Source of the DNA: Phoronis australis
Taxonomy: Eukaryota; Animalia; Phoronida
Direction: 5' to 3'
NCBI GenBank assembly: GCA_002633005.1
Contig: NMRA01000332.1
Location: forward strand, 197,121 to 261,120
Length of the DNA: 64,000 nt
In this document: piece after piece, positions 1-11,940 of the stretch
Layout of the letters: each line of letters begins with the position of its first letter
Numbering within the stretch: position 1 is the stretch's first letter
Made by a program: the position numbers and the translations under genes
The notes under the pieces: generated by a model
Told to the model about the DNA's origin: nothing
Seen by the model: the letters and a program-made list of their open reading frames with translations, nothing else
The model's database searches: none

Positions 1-156
1 CTACCAAACACATGACAACACTTGTTGAAGACAGATTTTGACTCTTGCTACGCCCCCTAGTGGCCTTTTGATTTTATGATACTAATAACTTCACACCTGG
101 ACGTACACCGTTTGCTTTGCAGACGAGCATTTCAACTGTTAACTTGTCAACTTGTT
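1..156 (-). mobile_element. Terminal fragment of a Helentron-associated (HINE-like) element, same family as 19901-21144 in the opposite orientation
   Basis: 51-156 (cgccccctagtggcc...acaccgtttgctttgcagacgagcatttcaac...cttgtt) aligns by eye to the reverse complement of 19902-20005 (aacaagagc...gttgaaatgtgctc...gcattgcaaatggtgt...ggccactagatggtgc). Truncated by the window start. Confidence 0.6.
51..63 (-). promoter_or_regulatory. CTCF-like core motif CCACTAGGGGGCG
   Basis: Reverse complement of cgccccctagtgg matches the bilaterian CTCF core consensus CCASYAGRKGGCR. Motif match only. Confidence 0.45.
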
Positions 157-2555
157 TCATTGTGCACTTTCAGCTTAATTTGGGCTTGGTGATCAACATC
201 ATTCGAATTCTTGTTACCAAGTTACGAGCAGTGAACACACCCGACACCGGTCACATAAGGTAGTGCACATGTATGGTTTGTTTACCTACAACTCCAGTAT
301 ATTCACGCTTTGAAGAGTGTGTACTGGCGTGAGTAACTGCGATACACTTGCGTGGAGGAATTTCGGCTTGTCGTGGAATTTAGAGAGTGAAATAAATAAA
401 GTGAATATCAATAAATACTTCAGGCATGAGTTTGAGCGTCACGGAAGTGAAGGAGGACGCTCATCGCTGTATCTAGCGCATTATACGCCACTTTTACAGC
501 AAAATATAGTTTTGCTAATTGGTTTGTGTCGATATATATTTTATCGTGTTGCGAATATTTTCGCCATGAACAATCGTGAAAATGTGATGTCCTGCTTATT
601 TGGTTAAGTAGATTTAACCAAGTTGTCAGGTAGTAAAGTCATCGAAAATAACATTAAGCGGTAGCAATATATTTCACTGAGCGTTTTGCTATTTGTAGGA
701 AGACAGTTCGCGCGACGGCCATCCTTATCCCGTTGCTTGGCCTGCACCAGATTCTAATTCTCGCCCCTAGTGACGATGACCTGCCCTACATTTTTGTGTA
801 CCAATTCTTCGCCGCAATTATCATCTCGACCCAGGTATGTTTATTACAGTAATTTCGGCCAAGTCACTCCCAGACAAAAACGAAATACTCGAGCGACAAT
901 TTTATCAATAATGATCTAGCAGTTAGCCGCCGCGACATTTCACTCCTTCATTTTTGGAGTCTTGGCTACGTTAATGACTGCGTTTCCTTCCGTTGAATTA
1001 CATTCTGTAATCAAGAAGAGTTGATTGTCATTGATTGTTGATTCTTGATGGGAACTGATTGGTGTCATCGAACTCCCTACTATGATTTTCCTGGATCATT
1101 TTTCTGGTAATTTCAACTTTCATTTTGCAGGGATTCCTCGTTGCCACGATATATTGCTTCTTCAATGGCGAGGTAAACTATTAAACTGTCTTTAAATCGA
1201 CAACACTTCTGCACTGGTTAGAGTCTTGATAATTTCCGCTTGGACGCCCTCTGATGAGCCTACATATAGTCTTACACCCAAATCGTGAAATCTTAGAAAA
1301 TCACGCGTGGTTAACAGGTACTTTACAATCCACGGTAACGTTACTTAGCAACGAGCCTGGAATGACATGTATAGATTTTTTCATCTAAGTCAAAAGTAAG
1401 TTTTTTGCGGACGGCAGAATCATAACAGCTTGAATTAAAGCGCTTTATGAACCATCTTCTAGTGTCATAAACAGTTATCACACTTCCATTGACAGAAACG
1501 TCACCGTGGTAATTTAGTATCATATGGTTGAACTGAAATAGGTTGCAATAAATTGCCGGGTTGCGGTTCCATGCACCCAATCAGACGCTCGTCGCTTGAA
1601 GAGCAAGAGTAATCACATGTTTCACTTGAAATGCACTTGGCCCAGCGTCTGAGCCAGGCCGTCCTCACTTACATGCACGGGTACCGTTAGGGGCAACCAC
1701 AATCATGAGGAGATAAACGGGCCGCTTCAAAGCTATTTTAGAAGTCAGTGAGCAACAATGATTTCAGGCTCTCCGAGTTGTATGTGCCACAGGATTTACA
1801 TTTACCTTGATTACCTTATCAATAAAGTCAAATCATAAACATGCAGTGGTGTTTATGAGAGAGAAAATTTTAAATGAAACACCCTTGGCCTGAATCGCAT
1901 GCAGAGAGCTAGGTAAACAAAGGCGCACGTCTAACTTTTTAATGACAGTCAATTAAAATTCACAAAATTACATATTTCATCTTTCTTAGTTAGATTTTCA
2001 CCATTCTTTGTCATTTATTTATTGTCTTAATTCTCAACCTGTTTAAATTGTATCTTTTTCACGTATGTTTAATTGTTGTTTTATTACTTCATTGTATTAT
2101 ATGGCTGTTTTTGTTGTTGAGGGCCCTCTTGGAAAGCAGTGATATCACTGAAGAGGTCACTCTCAATTTAAATATCACAGTAAGTAAATAAATAACTATT
2201 ATAATGAGATGGAATCCGAAACATGACGAAATGAAAAGACGATACCTCGCGAAGATTTGCGAGGTTTTACGTCTGCGTTGCGTAACCCTGAAATTCGCCT
2301 GGCTGATGGCCATACTGCTTCGTGGTCTGGAACTAACGCGCTGTGACAGTCAAATTCCGTGAGCCTGAACTGAAGCAAAACAAAAAGAAAGAACGGTTTC
2401 CCAATTCTTTTCAAGCCTAGAAATTATTTCTTATCTGTGTAGATAAAGTTTTTCTGCGGGAAGGACAAGTATTCGTTAAAATCTAGGCCGATGACTTTAA
2501 CAGTTTTAAATTTAAAAATTTGCTAAAATACTTTGTGATCGCACGTATTTCAACC

Positions 2556-2620
2556 AGTAGCGCGGTTGGACGCGACGCGAGAGTTTCAGATTCGATTCCA
2601 CCCGGGGGATGTTGTTAGAT
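2556..2620 (+). repeat. Degenerate tRNA-derived (SINE-head-like) sequence
   Basis: A-box-like tagcgcggttgg and B-box-like ttcgattcc about 25 nt apart. No complete cloverleaf. Confidence 0.3.
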
Positions 2621-3879
2621 TATTCCCGCTAATAACACCTCTCTTTTAGACCCGACCTTCCACTATTACATATCTCTTTAACTGGCAAGTTGTTGTGTTT
2701 GTTGTAGGTAATCTCACTCGTAAAACGGAAATGGAGACAGAGGTATCCGCTGGCCAGAGAAGCGAGGCCATCGTCGTTATGTGGTCGCACTGCGTCTCTC
2801 CGTTTGGCATCGACAGATACGGAGACGAGAAAGTTATCACTGGACAAGGTAAGATAATTTAACCGAAATGATGAGAATTCTGAGTTGATTTTAAGTGTTG
2901 GTACATTTCGTTTATGTAGAATTTAATGTTGTTCAGTTTCATGTAACTAAAAAGTTCAAAACCATTTTTCGTTCTCATGGAAAACAGTTGTCTGCGAATG
3001 GATGAATATTGTATTCAATGCTTATAAAATGACTTGAAAGCGCTCTAAATATTTTAACTTGAACAGCTGACACCAAACCAATCCTACATAGACTACAAAT
3101 TCTGTGCGTGGACAATTCAGTCTGGTAATGATTAATTTCATTGGTAAACTTTGAGAGTACAGTAACACACTTACGACTCAGATGACATGTTGCGTTCATT
3201 CCTCCAGTGAAAATTATTTTTATGATAGCAAATTGTCTGCTTTTATTAAACATGATACTATTACAAATATGTGAAAATGAAAACACTCATACCCACATAC
3301 ATACGTACATGCACACTTACAACTCAAAAATAAACTTCCTCAAAATAAAAGTACCATACAGTAGAGGCACATCAGTTATTAAAATTTTTGAATTTTATAT
3401 GATTGTAAAATAAACAATTTGAAATACTCAAAAACATCCCTGTTGAAGTATGTCAAATTGGGAGTAGTTTTTTGAGACGCCGCCGATAAATATGAAATTC
3501 TCCTAGACATACAATTAGATTAATTACGTATCGTGTCCTTCAATTCCGTTATTTTAGTATGTTTAAAACTGTCATTTAGTATTGCTATGTATCGTACGTC
3601 AATATAGTGAAGCCTACTTCACGTGAGGCGATTTTATTCGTTGCAGTAACAGCGGCTACTATCTGCAAAGTCGCCATGGTACATGTAATTGCCACTAGCA
3701 ATTCCAACTGGTCACTAAATATAATAGCCATTACTAGAATTCAACATAAGTTGCTAGTAGCCGGTGACTTTATGATCACGAGACGAGCTGCGACTTGTGT
3801 ATAATAATGTGTTCAGGTAGACTTGCAAGTGCCACCATGCAGCTGGGCTTGTGTATACAGGTACACTTCTGCGTACGCA

Positions 3880-4850
3880 GTATGACTGAAAAACAAGTTC
3901 TCAAGTGGTCAGGCGATGAAATCATCAGATACTTACAGAAATTGTGAAATTTTGTGGGACGTAAACAAGTGTAAAGAATTACAAGACAACATAAAATCAA
4001 ACGCATAATCATCGAAATGGTGAAGAAATTTTGAGAAGGAAAATTAAAAGTATGAAAGTTGTTTGGAGCGGAACAAGATGAAAAATCAATGAAAAGTGGA
4101 GCACTATAGCTAATGCCAACCAAAAACGGCGGCATCTTGTGCAATCGTCTCGCGTGACTAACGTAGAGGCAGGGATTGCCATGTAGCGAGTACTCGCTGC
4201 TCCGATTAGCAGCGAGTAAATTTGCCTCATGTGACTTAAAAGTCTTACGAGCCGTTAGGTGAATAACTGAGTATAATAACTATTATGCGTGTACGTTTGG
4301 TAGTTTTGTAACCAGTTGAGAAAACGGCATTATAAACTTTATTAAAGAAATGGACCGTATCTTTCAGTTGAAGAACGTGGTTGGTTTTCAAAACCTCAAA
4401 TGCTGAATTGTGTAATTTTGTTTGCAGAGCGCCTACGAGATGATTCCTTTAAATGATCACACAGATTCTATAGCCAAGCAATCCGATGTCCGCTTGTGAA
4501 CTTAATACGCAAAGCGTATTTGGTCACACGTCACACGTGGGTCAATTCCATAGTATGTGCACGAATTCTGCAAGACTTGGCGAGGCATCGTTTGGCTTGC
4601 AACAGCATCCGTTTATGCCAAATTGCGTTCGATATCGTCAGGGAGTTACAAGGACGCATCAGGGTGCGAAAGACATAAATTGACGGACTGCAAGTATTCT
4701 GAAAGACATTGTGTTCCGTCACTTTCGGCAAATTTAATAGACGCACGTGTTCTTGCCATAATATAACTCTTGACGTCAATTCTTTTTAGTATCGAATGTG
4801 CTCTTATTTTTGAGGACAGGGATTGTCGTTTATTGCCATCGGGCGTCCTA
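3880..4850 (+). pseudogene. Highly decayed PIF/Harbinger-like element: MADF/Myb-like ORF remnant followed by a transposase remnant
   Basis: Fragments in shifting frames. MADF-like: MTEKQVLKWS..TYRNCEILWDVN..RRKIKSMK..KSMKSGA. Harbinger-like: AYLVTRHT (cf. RYLATG), GIVWLATASVYAKLR (cf. GIV.EVC.AIY..L), FFSIECALIFEDRDCRL (cf. FFSIVL.A.VDADYRF). Many stops and frameshifts. Confidence 0.4.
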
Positions 4851-5708
4851 CGAAAGTGAATGGCTTCATGCGTCGTCTTACTAAGTATTCGGCAAAGCTA
4901 TGACGTGAGAGTGTGGATACGTACGTGTGTGTTATATACATGTATGTGACACCTAACGTTTTTGTTTAGTATTTATGCATGATTACATCCCGAATACATG
5001 TGCAGGCAATGAAGACTGTGCAACTATATGTGAAGATATGACTATTCCTGAGAATTTAGATTGATGTCCCTACTTAGAAACACTTGAGTTAAGACCAATT
5101 TTCTCTTTCAAAATGTAGGTGTCTATGCATTATTCAACTTAAACAGTGTTACGAATCGAATGGAAAAACGGGCACCTACACCTAAGGCCGGGATTTAATG
5201 TTTCACTCAAAATGGGACCAGATTTTAGTATGAGCTAAAGATACATGTAAGTGTATGTCGTTTCTTATATCTGTTAAAAGGCCAAAACCGGGTTTGGTAT
5301 TCTTTTAGTGATTAAAACTATGAGTTCGAATTGAAGCTAGAAGTCACGAGTTTTTACTTGAGTTTGTAGCTAGGGGTATCTAATTCGGACTACACTGTGG
5401 TTTGCTCAATCCATGATATACTCAACCAAGGAATAAAAGATAACCATCTTGAGTTCCTATTAAAGGAGATCGTACATCCCACTGAAATATGTATCTTTGA
5501 TTTCGAGCCCTTGTTTGCGAAGAAGTTGAGCGAATACATGTGTATTTTGAAATGACACAATATTCTTGATACATGTATATATGGAACGCGTTAGTAATCG
5601 GTCGCCAGTCTCTATTTATAATCTGAAAGAAACGTGGGAAAATGGGAAATTCGAATATTTTATTCTTGTAGAGGAATTTTCCGTATATGCAGATGTACTG
5701 GTGATGTA

Positions 5709-6792
5709 TTATTTCGTCGTTTGTTGGTGTTCATGGCCGTAAAACCTGGACAAATCCATATGAAAAAACCACGAAAAATGTTAATTTTATAAAATTTGAA
5801 GTAAAAGAAAAAATATATTTTTCGAATTTCCTCGGTTAAACGACGCTGCTCTGCAAATACAGCATCACTTTTAAGAACATGCTTTTATGTTAAAGCCAAG
5901 AGAAGGCACTTCAAATTTTACAAAAGCATAACACCTGCTGAGTGGAGTGTAGTGGCAATGCTTTTTGTATGAAGGTTTTGAATTTTGATTTAACTGTGAA
6001 CCACTTTTATTTTTCACGTTTGTATTTTGCATATGCATACCTGTTATTGCACGACACGTCCTATTAACATACATGTAGTCTTACTGCTAATCACATATGG
6101 TCATGGCTACATTTATTTAGCAACTTGTCCATTGATACTGAGTTTTCGTCACTTTTCCTACTACTTGATGTATCTTCTAGTTGAGGACACTCTATTTTGT
6201 GAATATGGTCAGTGTATATTGTATAAGAAACACCTTTGTCGTTCCAGTTGGTTGTTCTCGTACGTGTTAACGCCTCTAGCCATGGGCTCTTAAAAGAAAA
6301 CGTCAGGCGTGGGCGTTTACTTGAACAGTCGATTCTTTTGAGCGAATGTCTCCTCCATTTTGCATACGAGTACCACAACGGACAGTTCCGTGAAACGCAG
6401 TTAGGACACGCCTACCATAGTTACCGTTGCCCAGTCCCCTGAAGTACATATACATTATAGCTGAATTCCTTGACCTTTGAGGAGACTAGAACTGTTGCAC
6501 ACGTTGGTATATCCACCATGTGTTCATGATGAAGCCAAGATTTGCATTCATTCATGGATGACGTCCGGGTCCGTTGGCAGTTGCCAAGCTTAATTCTTGA
6601 GTACGAGTCTGAGCAATTTAAAGAGACGCCGTAGTTAGTTGTTTGGCGTTGTGCTTTTAAGCTCGGTGACAAGATTAGATGCTCCAGTAAGATATTTGAC
6701 AGCACAAGTACTTGGAGAAAAAATACATCCAGGCAATTTCACGGTAAAGTTTGCTAAATGGTGTAAACTTGTCGATAAGGTCCTACACAACC
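5709..6792 (+). repeat. Copy 1 of a ~1.09 kb near-identical direct duplication (copy 2 at 11941-13036)
   Basis: Copies are identical apart from a few SNPs and a 12-bp indel. Copy 1 ends at the single N at 6793; copy 2 starts after the single N at 11940. Confidence 0.9.
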
Positions 6793-9749
6793 NTTGCACA
6801 AGCTAGGACTTCATCCCAGAAGTTTTTAAATTTCCTGTCGTTTCTCATCCGTTCTAATGTAGTAAGGGTCATTTTGGCAATCTTTTGAGCCTCAGCCGCG
6901 GACATCTGAACGCTTTGTAAAGTTGTACTCAGATTGTCAGCATGCACCAACAAGCGCTCTGAAAGTACTAAACCGTAAAAGAAACTAAACTGTGTCATTT
7001 GAGACTGAATTACACGTATCCGCGCTTTCATTTCTGAATCATTGCAATTTTGGACTCCCCAGGACCAGAGTTCCTGTAAACAATCGTTACCTATCACACG
7101 ATTCAGAGCGTCAGCCTTCACGGTCCATCTCGTTGGACACAGTTGCCGAATATTACCCACTTCTCTGTCGTCAAGCAACGCATCTCGTATTTTATTCAAC
7201 TGTACGTCAAGTTTGGGAGATTTTTTTATCAGTTTGGTAATTTCGTACGTGGTGTCTAAAGCATCTGCCATCAGCTTGCATCGTTTGATACTACATGTAT
7301 CTGAGCGGGCAAGATTCAACGCGTGGCCATAACAATGTGTGTACAGGGCGCGATGTTCTTCCTGTTTAATGTTGACAACGACTCCATTTATGGACCCACT
7401 CATTGTGCTGCAACCATCATAGCATTGACCACGACATCTGCTTAAAGACAAGTTCATTCGCAACAGTGTGTCTTTTAGAAGTGACGTAATTATTTGGATA
7501 CAAACGACGAGTTGTTCGCTATTAGACACGTCAGTAGTTTCGTCTGCCAGTATACTGAAATAAGGACTGCCGCGAATGCACGACAGCTATTTCTCGGAAA
7601 ACTTTTAAAGCCATCGGTTTGATCGCTTCATTTTGAATATCTGGAGACGTATATTTATTTGTTTTCTGCGACAACCATGATTTCAAAATATCTGTCTCTG
7701 TTTCTTTTTGATGGAGTAGTTGAATAAAATTGGAATCTTGTTCATCTCCGTCACCCCTAAACGGTATACCTTGTCTTGCCAAAAAACGAATGTTTGTTAA
7801 TATTTTCAGGAACATTCTGTGGTTTTTAGCTTTTTGCTCTCCGTGGGCTGTTGATAGTTGTTCCGCAACATCTTTGACAGACAACTTCACTATCAATGTG
7901 CGTTCCATTGCTTCTTTATGGCACTCAGATTTCTCATGCTTCGTAAAGCCAGACGTCTTGTCAGTAGCCTTTTTCCAGTTGGTATAACCGGTAACAACAA
8001 ATGATAGCTCTTGTTTTGCTGAAGACAGCAGACCTATGTGGTAAGCTTTTGCACATATGTGACACAACACCTTATCTTCCCCCTCAATATAATGCAGCCA
8101 CGGCCATGTGATAAACCAGTGCTTTTGAAATTGACAATTTTTCTTGCCAAAAGGTCGTTTTGGAAAGACGTGATTTGAAGGTTGGTGTGGATGCTCGGGA
8201 ATGTCGTGTAAACCACGTTTTTCTTGCATGGTGTGAGCCGACTGAGAAGAACTGTTTTGGTGAGTGTGGGAGGTTTCACTTGGTGCTGAAGAGCTACATG
8301 AACAATAAAGCTCCTGTGACTGGCTCGATGGTTCTAAATTCGTAGTGCCAGATTTGTGAGTCCCAGCGTTCACCACAAGTTGCTCTGTGTGCAATGTGGC
8401 TTCTTCAGAAGTGCTGTTTGCTAACTGCGTAGGACAGCTACTGTGGGACTCCAGGACGTCCGATAGTTCTGTGTTTGACGTTTCAGAGTTACTTTTTATA
8501 TTCCAAGCTGAAGCACCTCCAGGTTTAGTGCGTGATGCGCCGCCTATTAAGTGAGTTTCGAGCGTGAGTGAGTTACTGGTTACAGGTAGGGATTTTACCT
8601 TAAAGAAGGCACCTATTTTTCTTTGGTGACTGGAAGCGTGCTGCTTCTTTGCTCTTGAACATTCCTGGGAATCGTCGCAAAATCTTTTTTTATTCATTTG
8701 ACACTCAGGTACAGGGCGTGTGTTTTTTATTCTAACTGCTACGACATGATTTGGTTCAAAAATCGCGCCGGGTCGGTTGTCAAGATTTCCATCTCTAGAC
8801 CACAAGAAAATCGCATATTTGTTGCATGAAGCATTTCCTAATACACGTGGTAAGATCTCCCCATGAAGGGAATGAACACTTTTTCCTACGTCGGGATATA
8901 CGCTTGTTACTGGCATTTTCAATACAGACGACAGACCCATGACAGCCATGAGACCACTCCAATTCCCATCGTGGCACAGATGCTTTGCCTCTCTTACAAT
9001 GGCTGCTTCATTATCATCGTTTACAGTGTCTCCAAGACCGTCCTCCTGAGACATTACCACAGTGAATAATGTTTGAAAATCCGAAGATATAGAGTTTTCT
9101 TTCTGAGTAGCAGCAATAACGTGTGGGTGCCTTGCATAAAAGTCAGAGTGAATGAAGAGCTCGGCTGCAGTCAGCAGCCTTAATGTCACGTGGAGGGATT
9201 CGTCACCTATAAACAGAAATTAAGCAACTGCAAGGTTGTATCAAGAGATTACTTGCCTTTATAAAATAAGGCCATGCGATACTTTAGATAGGTTTTGAAA
9301 TTCTGTGTAATGACAAGAAATTCGTAAATGGGCCTTATTCCAGGAATGAGTTTATAGACATAATTTCGACTTTCCGAAATGGCACTTTTAGTGAATGCCA
9401 ATGGATTTTTTCCCATTTCACGTCCCCAACTTCATGGCAAATGCCCAAAATGCGCTCATACACAGAACAAAATACGGGATGATAGTTGTTTCAAAGGGAC
9501 AAGCCACTTACATGTAACCGCCGTCGGGAACCTAACATTACTATATGCACAATTTCAGGTTAGTTTTCTGCTAGGAAACCGGAAACTTATCGCATTTTTT
9601 TATAATCTAAGTTTTGCATTTTGTGCTTTTAAAGTTATGTAGAACCTAATAAGAGTTCCAATTTTTTCCAAATTCAAAAATGTATTGAATTTGCATCGAA
9701 CTTTCAAAATCCGATACACCGTTCTCGAACACGCTGTTAGGAATTTTTC

Positions 9750-10095
9750 TTAAAATGTTCGACTTTTGCATGAGGGCAAATCAAAATAGTGCTTCAGATT
9801 TTTATGAAAACGTTTTAAAGTTGCATAAAACGAAAACGAAACGATATTTTAGAAAATTGTAACAGCGTTTTTGAGATTTTATCTTAAACAATTATACTAC
9901 ACAAAATTTGCGCATGCTATTGACGCCGTTGTTTAGTTTGATTAACAGAATGTACCTTATTAATTTGCTAAATTTTCCTATAAGTTAATGTCAAGCAACC
10001 TATTTAGTTGCGGACTGGTATGAAATTCCAAAAATATACTTTTGCTGGGCTAAGTTGTATACAATTTAGTATATATGTATTTGGCTAAATATACA
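9750..10095 (+). repeat. Dispersed repeat (decayed non-autonomous DNA element), related copy at ~31990-32367
   Basis: Shared blocks: ttttgcatgag, agttgcataaaac.aaaa.gaa, ttagaaaa.tg.aacag.g.ttttgagatttt, tttg.ctaaatatacag. Confidence 0.55.
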
Positions 10096-11096
10096 GGCAT
10101 GACGAGAAGGTGCTACATAACCTTAGTAAGGCGCGATGTGTTAATGTAAAAAATAATTTTGTATTTTTAGGCTGTTGTGATAATTTGCATAGGCTATTTA
10201 CTTCGTAGTTTCTGTTAAACACTCACTCCGCTAATGGGCGTCATTTTGCTTCTCCAAATTGAACTTTGGTTCATTTGACATTTAGTAGTACAGCAAAGCC
10301 TATAACATGTTTTCTAACGTACATGTATTTCTTTTACTTTTTGGGTATGAAAGAAGGAATTCTGTGTTTCATATTCTTATCTTTCACTGAGCTACTACTC
10401 GCGTTTCATAAGAAAGTGAAATACGTTTCTGATTTCCCCGTTATAATTCGACACTATGGGACTTACTAAAACAGTTCACAAATTCTATTTTGTTATTGTA
10501 CTACAGCCACTGTTGAAGGCTATCCGGAAATATGGTGAACAAACAAAATTTGTGACCAAAATGCAAAAGGTGCACGTGTATTATCACCGTGGTCAAATCA
10601 ATAACTGCTTCCTGTTCAAACGATCAAATCTACGGTCTTCCAGCATAGGAGTTGAGTGAACGTAGTTAATGTTAAATGCATGCACTTTATGCATGAATAC
10701 CACAGTTGGAGAAAGTAGTCTGCACTATAGACAAACAGTGGGTCGTTGACCCCTTTTTTCAATTTTTCACTCCCAGTTCTTTGGAAATTTCATTGAAAAT
10801 ATTTAAAGTCTTTAATTTTAGAGAATGAGCGCTAATACTATAAGTTTTCGTCATTATACAAGTTATTGTCACACAAGTTAAGATATAACTCTATTCACCA
10901 CCATTTAAAACAGGGTACACGTTTGAATTAGCCGATACCTCAAAACCCAGGCATTTTCTACCATAATAGCCAATGACTTCTATTTTAGCAACGGGTAATT
11001 CATTACATTTCTAGACAGACCGTGTGATTTGTCGTTTACATTCAGCAAAAACACGATCAGAAAACAAACACTATGAGCCAAAATCGATTCTTAATA

Positions 11097-11239
11097 CATG
11101 GACGGCGCACTATAGGGGGCTGAGAGGCTATCACCCCCCTTAATTCAGTGGTGCACCGTCCGCGGGCGTAGGCGGCGCACCTGATAGGGGGCTGAGGGAA
11201 TATACATGTAGCTCCCCACTAAATGCTGCGCCGCCCATG
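11097..11239. mobile_element. 143-bp GC-rich mini-MITE with a 5-bp TSD (TAATA), inside the hAT intron
   Basis: Terminal inverted repeats catgg(a/g)cggcgca...tgcgccgcccatg. Flanked by taata at 11092-11096 and 11240-11244. Confidence 0.7.
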
Positions 11240-11294
11240 TAATATCGACTAAAGTAAAAGTCAAAAATCTATAACGAAAAATATAAAGTTATAC

Positions 11295-11552
11295 CAGTTA
11301 TGCAAAGAGAAGCGTCTCGAAATAAACAGTTGCCGTCCCCAGATGTGCGAATGGGTTTGTGTGTTGACTGGTGAGATTCGGGAATTATGCATTTTGCGAA
11401 CTCGTCAATCAGAGCATTTTCCAACAAACTAGATATAGAAAGAGGGGATTCAACAGCTTGTGTTACAAGGTTACTGTACAGGTGTATGTGTCGTATAGAC
11501 TTCCAGCTTTCTGCGAGTCGTATCCAATCGACGCCACGAGTTCTCCAAGGCC
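11295..11552 (-). CDS. Exon encoding the catalytic-Cys half of the OTU-like domain of the hAT gene
   Basis: Acceptor ttttacag, then an open frame PWRTRGVDWI...FAKCIIPESHQSTHKPIRTSGDGNCLFRDASLCIT-G, then donor gtataa. Phase 1 matches the acceptor at 9206. Confidence 0.75.
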
Positions 11553-11940
11553 CTGTAAAATACAGAATTTGTGACCACTGATCGAAATTTACTCCAGTTT
11601 CATGCTATAACGTGCATGCGACAATCACAATGAACAGTAAAAACAACTCCACAACGTTAGAAAACTCAATTACCTCCATTGTGGTCGACATCTCGAATAA
11701 TGCACTGAACACCAAAGTTCAAGCTTAGAACTGCACGCGCTACTGCTAGATATAATGAAACACTTACCGGACACACGTGAGGTCTTCACTTTGCCGACGA
11801 CGCCAAACATCAACTTGAAGTCTTGTTCTGCAGTCTTGGGAAACGATTCTTTGGCGAAATAAAAGCTGCCTGATCCAACCGTTTTTATGGTGTTTTTCTG
11901 ATAACTAAGTCAGATTCTTCAATTTCGTTATAAGTCTGAN

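Larger units (their letters stand above)
6794..11552 (-). mobile_element. hAT-superfamily transposase gene (zf-TTF + DUF4371 + DDE core, ZMYM1-like type) with an N-terminal OTU/vertnin-like domain; frameshifted and 3'-truncated
   Basis: Exon 11552-11295 (..IRTSGDGNCLFRDASLCITG) splices GT-AG to the exon starting at 9206 (GDESLHVTLRLLTAAELF...FEPNHVVAV). This is followed by zf-TTF (FQKHWFITWPWLHY..LCHICAK..GYTNWKKA..KHEKSECH) and DUF4371 (IRFLARQGIPFRG..KYTSPDIQNE). A frameshift near 7584 precedes FSILADETTD, RGQCYDG, HCYGHALNL and LCPTRW. Breaks at the N at 6793. A further probable upstream exon ends at 11768. Confidence 0.85.

Noticed and set aside
700-1640. Possible decayed gene on the minus strand (ORF 1341-1580 and neighbours)
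   Set aside because: No family motif or consistent exon chain could be identified by eye.
2556-2620. Functional tRNA gene
   Set aside because: A- and B-box-like motifs are present, but no acceptor or anticodon stem can be formed.
5871-6705. Short ORFs in the duplicated block as the hAT C-terminal dimerization domain
   Set aside because: No hATC motifs are recognisable, and the block lies across an N join from the transposase.
9207-9290. GC-donor mini-exon just upstream of the hAT/OTU exon
   Set aside because: It would imply a ~50-bp intron and lacks the catalytic motif. The GT-donor exon ending at 11295 restores GDGNCL...GDES in the correct phase.
11097-11239. Mini-element as the 5' terminal inverted repeat of the hAT transposon
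   Set aside because: It lies inside the intron of the transposase gene and has its own TSD, so it is a secondary insertion.
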